From assembly GCA_043228905.1 (NCBI GenBank), contig JBHGNT010000001.1, positions 15,748,001 through 15,812,000 on the forward strand: a stretch of 64,000 nt of DNA. Reading direction: 5' to 3'. Under the pieces are notes generated by a model. The model saw only the letters and a list, made by a program, of their open reading frames with translations, was not told the origin of the DNA and did no database searches. Source of the stretch: Azolla caroliniana. Taxonomy: Eukaryota; Plantae; Polypodiophyta. The translations under genes and the position numbers were made by a program. This document shows positions 54,769 through 64,000 of this stretch, piece by piece. Each line of letters begins with the position of its first letter. The stretch's first letter is position 1.

Positions 54769-55697
54769 CTAACCTAACAATATGTTCTAACCTGGCTTTC
54801 TGCACTAACCCGACTATAATATTCTTACTCACCCATTTGCACTAGCCCGACTATAATTTTCATACTTGGCTTGGCTTAGGCTATCTACATCAACCCGGCT
54901 ATATATTTTTTTACTCGATTGCACTGACCTTGCAAAAAGTTTGAATATGAATCCGAAGAATTTGAAAATCTTGGAGTGCCAAATAGCCATCCATTATGCA
55001 AACTCCTCCTATTCTACGATTCTTTTATTCGGTAAGTAAATTGTTGCCATGTCTTATTCATTTGGCATCGGTCACAGTTTCGGTAGTATACGGCTCGGAA
55101 CTTTGACATGGTCCATGTCGGCAACTCCCAGCACTGTGCTATTGTCGGCATTGGCATGGTAAAACTCGACCATCCAGGTGGTTCTACCTTAGTCCTTGGC
55201 AATGTATGACACGTCCCAGAGCTTACACAACCATTGATCTCATTGAGACAACTCGACAAAGCAAGCATTTGTGTTGGCTTCTCATAAGGAGGGTGGACAC
55301 TTAACAGAGGGAACCTCCTAATCGCTCGTGGGCCGAAGGTACATTCACTATACCCATTATACGTCACACTAAGAGAGGGTAATTTGTTTCTGGTAGATAT
55401 CCCAGTGTCGTCTTTATGGCATGGTAGACTAGACTATTTGAGTGAAGTCGGCATCACACATCTATCCAAAGCCGATTGTTGGGCTAAAAGTCCTACTTCT
55501 GACCGTTGTACCTCTAGTATGAAATCTCCCTTGAAGTTAGGGCTTAGTTCTCTCTAGTATAACTAGGAGGAATTCCTCATTGTACAATCTAACGAATAAT
55601 AGATCTACTCTTAACACTGGGACATTTGAAATAGGTAATATGTTGCATTCTCCTTTTTGAGGAGAATAACGTGGAATATCGCTCGGCCACAACCGAG

Positions 55698-56299
55698 TAT
55701 TGAATCACAAAAATGGGAATGAACGAGACAGTACACAGAAATGACACAGGATGTTTACGTGGAAAACCCTAAATGGGAAAAACCACGGGAGCCCACAGAC
55801 TCCAACTATCACTATAGGAGAAAGGTACAATCAGAGCCTCGGAGGCAACAACCTCGAGCTCTGTATCTTCGCCAACTGGCGTTTACAATAGAGTATCGCT
55901 CTATATCTCACTCGTTATCTGTCTTTGTTGCTCTCTCTGTACAGTAGTTATGCACATACAACAATATGACAATTCATATATAAAGTGATTGCCCTAAGTC
56001 ATATTTATACTTATATGAACTTAGGGCTATTTACAAATATAACCTCAATAGGCTTACTCAAAATATATTTATAGATATGTCTCTCTTCTAGTTCTCACCG
56101 GGTCTCCACTGGTTTTCGGATCTCTTCCGATTCTCACCGGGTCCTCCTTTATTCATCACTGGATCCCATCCGGAGAGACTGATTTCCCAACAATATCTCC
56201 CCCTTCACTCAGGCATGGAATGTCTTGTCAGCTCGATCCGCTTCCAACACGCGTCCAACTTGTCAGTTGTCAGGACCTTGGTCAGCATGTCCCACCCGT
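55698..56299 (-). mobile_element. Copia 3' end (RNase H tail, PPT, 3' LTR)
   Basis: DMLTKVL motif near 56280; PPT TGAAGGGGGAGA at about 56196-56207; LTR 56192 to about 55698 starting TGTTGGGAAA. Confidence 0.8.
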
Positions 56300-58165
56300 T
56301 GTCGTGGAGAAAACCGGCCATAGGAGGAAACAGGGGAAAAGACGCAAGAACCGACCCTTACGCGTGGCCACACTATTTATTAAGTTGTACATAACTAGGT
56401 CTGATTCAGCCGATGTACTAGGTAGTACGCATTAATTGTCTAGGGCATCCAAGCGTATCTCTATCTGATGGGATAGAGGATAAATGCATGTAGCCGAGGG
56501 TGTAACAATCTTCCTCGGCGGCCTATAAAAGGGAGGGGAAAAGACTGATACAAGGATTGCGCATTTGAGAGGACGAAGTGTTGTCGGATTGGGAACCGAG
56601 CTCTCTCCTCCATTATCGTTGTTGCTTTTGCAGGGATTTTGGAATAGGTTGGTGGCCTCTGCTGCGTGAAAGCCCGTGTGTTTCCGGTAGAGACACCACT
56701 GCGTATTTCAGTGCGTGTGGTGGTCTGCGTTGAGTCTGTCACCGACTTGCCAGTTGTAACATTGCAAGCTCTGTAATCTACACTACTATTGGAATTGATT
56801 CTTTCTTTTCTGTCTCTCTGTGTTTCTACGAATCGCCCTCCCTTTTCTCTCTCACACTCCTCGGTTCAGGGCCCTCGCGGTCTCGCCTTATTTCATACGC
56901 GAGAGCGTAACAACACTACATCTTAGGTGAATCTGACGTGAAACAAGGCGGCAGAGGAGTTGAAGATGAGGGGATCGGAGCTCGCCGAAGCCATGGCGGC
57001 AGCGGTTGATCGGATAGTAAGCGCTCGCGAGGGCACATGCACCCTCGACAGGGCCATCGAAGCGATTGTCGACGCGATAGGCCAGTTCAATGGAAAGAAC
57101 ACCATGAGTTATTTGGAGGCCTACCGGGCTGAAATGGTGAGGAGGGACATTCTGGAAGATAGGCGGTTGGCTGGTTTCCCTCGAGTGGCGACGCCGTGCA
57201 TTCACGTAGAGGTGCTCGAGGTACAAGCTGGATGCCGAACCTGGGGAGAGTTTGAAGGTCAGATCCTCGAGAAATACGGGCTCGATGACTCGCTTCGGCT
57301 GTCAAAGCGAGAGTTTATGGAGTGGGTGGAGACCCCTGGAAAGGTGAGGAACACGTCTGCGCTCCTCCAGGAATTTGAAAAACGGTTCGCTCAATTGTTG
57401 GAGCTGGACCGGATTGTGCTCGACATGAGTCGGGTCCTGCTGTTCGTCAAAGCGGTGGATGCGTTGGACAGGGAGAAAGTGGGTTTGCTATTGGAGACGG
57501 ACAAAGGGCTCACGACAGACTGGGCCGTGGTAAAACAAGTATGTAGTCGTTTCGACAAACGGCACGAATGGAGTGGCGAGGGATCTCCAGCAGCGAGGCC
57601 GGTCCCAGCAAGGAAGTTCGAGGAGCCGGTATCGGTAAGGAAAGATGACCTGTGCTACGGAGGAGCTACACGGGGCGTGCCTGAATGTGCGCGTCAAGAT
57701 CGGCGACGTCGAGATAGATCAACACTTTTTCGTGCAGGAGACGTCCTCGCACACGGTGATTCTTGGCAAATCGTACATTACAGCGGCATGCATGGAAACA
57801 AAGGTGCTTTACAATGGTTTGGCGTACGCGCGCGTCAAAAGCCAAGACGGACGACACTCCGGCCAATTCCTGACGGTACGACCGAACCATGAGTGTAACC
57901 GCAAGGCCCTCGGTGGCGACAACCGAGGGGAGTTTCGGAGAGGGCTATCAAGGCATGGGGCTGCGATAGTCCGGACACCCCGGAGGAACCCCACATGTGT
58001 ACAATAGGTAGGAGGTTTTGGTTCTCCGAAAGTGGAGGTTGTACCGTAACCGGCATCAACGGTCGGGAAAGGAAGCGGGCAGAGGGAAGACTCAGGGCGT
58101 CCAGAGTCCTCACCCCCGATGAGGAAATTAGCGGCACCGTGGAGGCGATCTCTTTCAACGACACC
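56300..58165 (+). mobile_element. Gypsy (tRNA-Trp PBS group) 5' half with an internal gag-PR deletion
   Basis: LTR 56300-56920 with TATA at about 56524; mutated PBS at 56925-56941; gag from 56960 joined to the PR C-terminus at about 57645. Confidence 0.88.
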
Positions 58166-58167
58166 GG

Positions 58168-58272
58168 GTCTTCCGTTGCCGGGTACTTGTCATTCGGTTC
58201 TCATAGGGTCTTCCGTAGCCGGGTACTTGTCATCCGGTTCTCACTGGGTCTTCCGTAGCCGGGTACTTGTTC
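58168..58272. repeat. 40-bp tandem repeat, about 2.6 copies
   Basis: GTCTTCCGT(T/A)GCCGGGTACTTGTCAT.CGGTTCTCA..GG repeated. Confidence 0.9.
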
Positions 58273-58275
58273 TTT

Positions 58276-60077
58276 TCACTTCCCATCCGGAGGGACCTGT
58301 TTCCTAACACTTTCCGCCAACTCCTCTTCTAGGGCCACGTCTTCTAAGTGTGTAGTACGCACCTCCACCGGCTTCTCCGGTTCTGGCTCCGTCGAGAGCC
58401 TCTTCCACTTCACCAAGTCTACGATGGAGTCGTGAAACTCCCTCTTGGCGATTCCCAGCACCTCCCGCAACGACAACTCCACTTTATTGTCGAGGATCTG
58501 CTCTTCAAGGACCTTCCGTAGGTCCGTTGCTCTCTTGATTTCGATGCTCAACCGAAACCCTGCTTGCTTCTTTCCGTCCGGCGCGCCTAGGTTGTCGGCA
58601 TCGATTGGTTTCGGTCCGAACCGGGTCTCGTACCTCTGCGGGGGACCGACACCCCTGGCCTTTCTTGCCCATTTGTCTTCCACCAGAACCTCGTAGTTCT
58701 GGCAAGCGGCTTCTACGAAGCCCGTTTTCTCTTCGACCGGATCGTCCCATCCGGTGACCTCTTGGACCTGTTGTTCCACGCGGTTTGCCTCTTCCTTCTT
58801 CAGCCGAACTCTGGAGAGGCCTTCTAGCACTAGCGGCCAGAATCCAGAGTCCTTCACCTTCCGGGTCTCATCACCCCCGACCCGAATTCCCGCCGACATT
58901 GAGTAGTTAACGGCTTCTACATGCCATGCCGCGGCCTCTTCCATCAACCTCTTCATTCCGCCGCGCCCCGTATTTAGTTCTAGGGCTCTCCGGGTCTCGC
59001 TCGCGTGCACCCGCCCGTTCCAGAGGTACACTAGGTTGGTCCTGAGCGCGTCGGCGAAATCCGCGCAATCCTTCCAAATGTGACCGATTGCGTCACACCA
59101 CATGCACTGCTGCCCAGCTGGCGGCTTCCGGTCGCAAGGTTGTTCGCCGTTGTCTCTCCATGCCTGTGCGATCTGCAGGTCGCGTACCATTTGTGTCAGC
59201 TCCTCCAGAGTCGCTCCTCCGGATGGGCCTTTGACCACGTCGTTCGATGCTGACCCCGACGCCAACCAAATTCGGGTCTCTTCCTTCCTACCGGCTGGCA
59301 TCGATACCGGCTCCTTGAGCCTCCTCGCCGGGACCGGCCCTGACCCCGACGAGCTTTCGTCACTCCAATTGTGCCGTTTGTCGAAACGGCTGTGGACCCC
59401 TTTTACCACGGCCCAGTCTGCCGTGAGCCCTTCGTCCGTTTCCAATAGGGGACCCACCTTTTCCCTGTCGAGTGTGTCCACCGACTTGACAAACAGTAGT
59501 ACTCGACTCGTTTCGAGCACTGTCCGGTCCAGTGTCGACAACCGCGTGAATAATTTTCGAACTCCTGGAGGACCGCCGACGTGTTCCTCCCTTTTTCAGG
59601 GCTTTCCACCCACGCCATGAAGTCCCACCTCGACAACCGAAGCGAGTCGTCAAACCCGTACTTCTCGAGGAGCTGCAGCTCGAACTCCTCCCAAGTCTGG
59701 CATCCGGCCAGCACCTCGAGCACCTCCGCGTGGATGCTCGGCGTCACCACCCGAGGGAATCCGGACAGTTGCCTGTCCACCGGGATATCCCTCATGATCA
59801 TTTCGGCCCGGTAAGCCTCCAAATAACTTGTGGTGTCTTTCCCTCCCAACTGGCCTATAGTGCCGACGATCGATTCAATGGCTCTGTCGAGGGTACCCGT
59901 CCCCTCATGAGCGCTTACCAGCCGGTTGACGGCTACCGCCATTGCCTCTGCTAGCTCCGATCCCCTCATCTTTCGACTCCTTTGCCGCCTTTTCACGTCG
60001 GGTTCACCAATGATGTCGCATTGTTACGCGCGTGCGTGTAGAAAGAGGCGGGACCACGGGGGCCTTGAACCGAGGAG
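58276..60077 (-). mobile_element. Gypsy (tRNA-Trp PBS group) 5' half: LTR stub, PBS and gag
   Basis: Perfect PBS TGGTGAACCCGACGTGAA at 59992-60009; LTR stub 60014-60077; gag ORFs 59403-59996 and 58276-59541 with Zn knuckle CMWCDAIGHIWKDC. Confidence 0.9.
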
Positions 60078-60152
60078 AGATAGATAGATAGATAGATTAT
60101 ATTATCGTCTTCGGAGATCAAATATGACCTATGAGACCAAAAATATTACATT

Positions 60153-63100
60153 TCACGTGATACGTGTGAAAGTGAGTAGTGACTCTCGATGTTCAAGAAC
60201 TTTACCAATGAATGTTGCAATCGAGAGTGCACATTGTGGTTGTGAGAGGAATTCATGCAAAGATTGGGCTCGATCGAAGAGATGTGGAAAGCATGGTCGA
60301 ATATGATCAAAGGCAGAGCATTGTATCAAAGTGTGATACTCAGACTCGCGAACTTGTTTAGGGCAAAGTGTGCATAGCCGACCACTCTCATCACTTGTAC
60401 CCCAACGCCCTGTTTCACATCGCAATGCATGTGAGCTAAGTCGCATGGAAGCAATGGTTCGAATGGCAGATAACGGTATGGGCTCTAACATGTATGGATG
60501 TGTACGATTTCCCCTTTCCGCGAAGAATATGGTTTTGTAGTTAGGTGCAACATGTGTAGTATAATGTGTGAAGCGTGAGCCTCCACATTTGTCCCATGTC
60601 ATGATACATTGGCGTTGCAAAAATGCCTCATTTACAGAGGAATCTAATGATGCATCATGAAGCAAGTGTCTCGCATCCCATCTACCAAACCATTTTTCTA
60701 TATCTTGCATCCAACCGGAACACAAAATTTTGCTTTTATGCGTCTTTTGGATCTTTTTGCTTGCTTCCCACGCAATTCTAGGAAGTCGATGTGAGGGACT
60801 TTTTTGAACCTTAAGCATGTATTCAACAACCCTTTCCATGGCCATGATCTCAATGGGAAGCGATCCCGTCTCAAGGAGGAGGAGGGTGTAGGGCGTTTGT
60901 TTCTTAACTTGTAGAAACTTGGTAAGAAAATGCTTTTGGACATTTTCAAACTCTTTCCACATAGACTTAGGGATGCTACCACCCCATACTTCCACCCCAT
61001 AGAGAAGAACTGGTGTCACCAAAGTGTCAAAAAGATATTTCTTGAGGACCCAACACTTAATATCTCCAAGATTGCATGTGTTCTCAAATGCATAGTATGC
61101 TCGTTTGCCCGCCTCTAAGCGGCGTGTAGCACATTCATTCCATCTATGATTTGAAGGAACTTCAAGGCCAAGATATTTGAAGCTTTCCACACATTCAAGT
61201 GGCTCATTGTTGTACATAATGCATGGTTTATCTCTTTTTTGGCTCTTCACAAGCATAATCTTTGTTTTAGAGCTATTGACACTTAATTTAGTATGCATGC
61301 AAAATTTTTCCAATGCCTTCATAAGCTTTTGTGCATCTCCTAAAGTATTTGCAAAAAGCACTACATCATCTGCATATAGCAAAAGCATAATCACAACATT
61401 CCCAATGGCAACTTCTTCAACACATTCTTCCTTTGCAAACTTGGTAACCATTTCTTCCAATTCATCAATGCATAGACCAAATAGTGTTGGTGAGAGTGGG
61501 CATCCTTGCTTAACACCAATAGTGCTTTTGAAAAAATCCGAAAGTTTATCTCTCATGCGCACACAACATATAACCTTCTCATAAATTCGGGAAATTGCAA
61601 GCATATATTCACTTGGCACCTCAAGTTCTTCCATTCGCCTCCAAAGATGCTCACGAGGTACCATATCAAAAGCTTTCAAGAAGTCTACAAAGCAACAATA
61701 TAAACCTTTACCTCTAAGGCGACTTTCCTCCATTAATACTCGAAGGGTGATAAGGTGATCAATGGTGCTATGGTGTTTCCGAAAGCCAGCTTGTCCATAA
61801 GCTCTCTTACCACTTTTTTCAGCCCATACACTTATCTTTGATTCCATTATACATCCAAATAGTTTTGCCATTAATGAGCCAACCATGATGGTTCGATAGT
61901 TGTTTACATTATTTATATCTCCACCTTTATGTAAAGGTTTGATCCAATTTGTAGTCCAATCGTACGGCATACCATGTTGCAATGCATCATTAAACATATC
62001 TCTTATCCATATATGTGCTTCCTTTCCCGTCCATTTGAGCATTTCAGCCTTTATACATTGAAGATCGCTTGCCTTTCGAGAGGCCAATTTCTTAAGTCCT
62101 ATGCATATATCTTCAATTGTAAAGAAGGAAGGCATATGTGAAAGAGAACCATAACACATCATCTTTCCGGCAAGAGATAACTCATATAAATTCTTACAAT
62201 GCATAGACAAGTCGTGAAGAGTTAAGTCACCATAACTCTCAACACGTTTTCCCTTTAGATTTCCCCAAAATTTAGCACATGCATGTGCTTTCTCTTGCGT
62301 TTGGATAAATTGTTGAGTAACTTCCCATATTCTTCTCTTTCTTTGAATAAGCCTTTTATACTCATGCAAATGCTTTTGGTAATTCTCTTTATCCTTAACT
62401 ACATCCAAAACCATAAGGCACTTTCGAGCTTCACGACATTCTTTATCAAACCATTTTTTCCTAAGTTTCTTGGTGCATTTCCAAGATGTGCGGTTGGTCG
62501 AAAAACATTTGTTTGTACATGAGAGAATGACTTTCTTGAAAGCTTCCCATTTGCATTCTAGTGTGGCACCATGTTGTATCTTTGTCATTTGTAACATATC
62601 CTCAACCATCTTGGAATACATGGGTGCTCGCTTAAGGTTCATGCTCAAGTGCGGTTGTTTATTATCTTCAATAGCCTTCTCACAATCAAACCTATGCATA
62701 CATTTGAGATCAATACATAAAGGCCTATGATCTGATTCCGGTGTCCATTCACCAAGTGAGAATTTATGTATACGATCCAAAATACCTTCGGAAAGTAGCA
62801 CATAATCAATCACACTATTTCCGTTGTATTTTCTACATGTAAAACCATTAGTGTTGGGCCATAAGGAAATACCATTTGCAATAAGCAATCCGGTACTATT
62901 GCACATTTGTAGGAGTAACTTCCCAAATTGGTCCGGATCTTTTTCATCGCTAGAAGAGCGGTTATACATTTGCATATCCTCTTGCATCCTTGAGATATGT
63001 GGCATGAAAGATTCTTGTGAATCAAGTTGGAAACTTCTTGTACGAGCATTCATGTCACCAAAGACAATAACTTCCCCTTTGGATTTGAAATAAGCAATAT

Positions 63101-63527
63101 CATCTTCTAGATTGGCAAACGGTTGATCTTTATCCAAACACGCATAAAAGTTAGAATCTTGATGAGGAATGTAACATCCAACAACAAAAGTGGGCAAATC
63201 ATTAGGTGTTTCTATTTTGAGCCATATGTAGCATTTATTTTCATCATTTTTTATGATTGACACATATTTCTCTATTTCCTTCTTAATCAAACATGCCACC
63301 CCTCCTTGTCCTCTTCTTTGTCTTGGATTTTTCTTCCATATCAAAGAGTGTACATTATAGTTTCCTAAACCTTGAATCCTTTGAGTATCATGCTCCCATG
63401 TTTCAACAAGAAGTGTGATATCCGAGTCATTGGTGAACTCCTCTATGCCAAATCCCGCATTCCATGGGTATCCATTGCAGTTCCAAAAGCATAGTCGTAA
63501 AAGGCGTGGGTTAGTCTCATAGATCAC
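60153..63527 (-). CDS. LINE ORF2: APE endonuclease, reverse transcriptase and C-terminal CCHC finger (1124 aa, uninterrupted)
   Basis: APE motifs WNCNG, VETW, GDMNAR, IDY and SDH; RT motifs QAGFR, KAFD, GVKQGCPLSP, YADD and YLG; C-terminal HALRCETGRW...CTLC...HTLIQC; start codon is GTG per the ORF track. Confidence 0.95.
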   Translation of the reverse strand: MIYETNPRLLRLCFWNCNGYPWNAGFGIEEFTNDSDITLLVETWEHDTQRIQGLGNYNVHSLIWKKNPRQRRGQGGVACLIKKEIEKYVSIIKNDENKCYIWLKIETPNDLPTFVVGCYIPHQDSNFYACLDKDQPFANLEDDIAYFKSKGEVIVFGDMNARTRSFQLDSQESFMPHISRMQEDMQMYNRSSSDEKDPDQFGKLLLQMCNSTGLLIANGISLWPNTNGFTCRKYNGNSVIDYVLLSEGILDRIHKFSLGEWTPESDHRPLCIDLKCMHRFDCEKAIEDNKQPHLSMNLKRAPMYSKMVEDMLQMTKIQHGATLECKWEAFKKVILSCTNKCFSTNRTSWKCTKKLRKKWFDKECREARKCLMVLDVVKDKENYQKHLHEYKRLIQRKRRIWEVTQQFIQTQEKAHACAKFWGNLKGKRVESYGDLTLHDLSMHCKNLYELSLAGKMMCYGSLSHMPSFFTIEDICIGLKKLASRKASDLQCIKAEMLKWTGKEAHIWIRDMFNDALQHGMPYDWTTNWIKPLHKGGDINNVNNYRTIMVGSLMAKLFGCIMESKISVWAEKSGKRAYGQAGFRKHHSTIDHLITLRVLMEESRLRGKGLYCCFVDFLKAFDMVPREHLWRRMEELEVPSEYMLAISRIYEKVICCVRMRDKLSDFFKSTIGVKQGCPLSPTLFGLCIDELEEMVTKFAKEECVEEVAIGNVVIMLLLYADDVVLFANTLGDAQKLMKALEKFCMHTKLSVNSSKTKIMLVKSQKRDKPCIMYNNEPLECVESFKYLGLEVPSNHRWNECATRRLEAGKRAYYAFENTCNLGDIKCWVLKKYLFDTLVTPVLLYGVEVWGGSIPKSMWKEFENVQKHFLTKFLQVKKQTPYTLLLLETGSLPIEIMAMERVVEYMLKVQKSPSHRLPRIAWEASKKIQKTHKSKILCSGWMQDIEKWFGRWDARHLLHDASLDSSVNEAFLQRQCIMTWDKCGGSRFTHYTTHVAPNYKTIFFAERGNRTHPYMLEPIPLSAIRTIASMRLSSHALRCETGRWGTSDESGRLCTLCPKQVRESEYHTLIQCSAFDHIRPCFPHLFDRAQSLHEFLSQPQCALSIATFIGKVLEHRESLLTFTRIT

Positions 63528-63533
63528 GTGTCC

Positions 63534-63791
63534 CTATTTGCCTACATTTCCATCTTTAGGCACATCCTTAACCTTGTTTTTCAATCTTTCTTCATATGCT
63601 TTACGACGAGCATTTTGTTGTGAGATAGTACGATCTTCACTCACAAAGCATTGTGTACCTTTGAGGTATACCCAACTATTTTCGAGTATGATCCGCCGCT
63701 TTGTATCATCTGTCATTGTGCATACAATAGGCCTTTCTCCGGAGCGAGTAACACCATGTTTCCCAACTCGGTGTGCCCCATATACATTCAC
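63534..63791 (-). pseudogene. LINE ORF1 C-terminal remnant
   Basis: HRVG...RPIVC...IL...LKG...FVSEDRT pattern typical of RRM-type LINE ORF1; stops 6 nt before ORF2. Confidence 0.75.
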
Positions 63792-63794
63792 ATC

Positions 63795-64000
63795 TGTATG
63801 GGCTTATCGCACGACCTTTAAAACCAGTATCGGCTCAACGCCTTTTCAGCTAGCTTTCAGATTAGAAGCCACAATCCACATTGAATTCTAGGTACCCAAC
63901 TTACGTGTACAAATAGTCGAACGATTACCGGAATCAGAATCCGAACACCAGCATCTGGTCCAATTGCTCGAACTCGGAGAACAACAAATTACCAGTCTGG
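63795..64000 (+). mobile_element. Gypsy integrase fragment
   Basis: VWAYRTTFKTSIGSTPFQLAF, similar to the integrase end at about 46175-46250. Confidence 0.85.

Larger units (their letters stand above)
60078..63793 (-). mobile_element. non-LTR retrotransposon, RTE-X-like, 5'-truncated within ORF1
   Basis: ORF1 remnant, intact ORF2, short 3' UTR and an (ATCT)n tail at 60078-60097. Confidence 0.9.

Noticed and set aside
55014-55697. 117-aa ORF as a host gene
   Set aside because: YYRNCDRCQ resembles a decayed integrase Zn-finger; likely TE debris, too weak to list
58168-58272. CRISPR-like repeat/spacer appearance
   Set aside because: The spacers are near-identical, there are no cas genes and the context is a eukaryotic TE; a simple tandem repeat

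Overview
Transposon-rich nuclear DNA from a land plant, probably a non-seed plant (inferred from the RTE-X-like LINE and the LTR families; not proven). It contains two spliced host genes on the minus strand: a mitochondrial dicarboxylate/tricarboxylate carrier (DTC, 6 exons, 300 aa) and a DUF1365 protein (5 exons, 359 aa). It also has a convergent U1/U2 snRNA gene pair with USE+TATA promoters. The rest is mostly nested mobile DNA: a tRNA-Trp-primed Ty3/Gypsy group (3 partial copies plus related solo LTRs), several Ty1/Copia copies (including a Copia > hAT MITE > Copia nest with TSDs at every level), a 7.5-kb Gypsy with an extra coiled-coil ORF, a 5'-truncated L1 and an RTE-X-like LINE with an intact 1124-aa ORF2. 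Four observations stand out. (1) The Gypsy at 42211-49687 has no polypurine tract; a tRNA 3'-end mimic ending in CCA sits 2 nt before its 3' LTR, which may mean tRNA-primed or tRNA-mimic-primed plus-strand synthesis. (2) The Trp-primed Gypsy has a G GAU UUU UAG -1 frameshift signal plus stem-loop after the protease. (3) All five visible TGTCG-type LTR junctions sit at NCGN target sites. (4) The U1 and U2 promoters both have 22-nt USE-TATA spacing, which is Pol III-like by angiosperm rules. All coordinates were counted by hand and no database searches were run.
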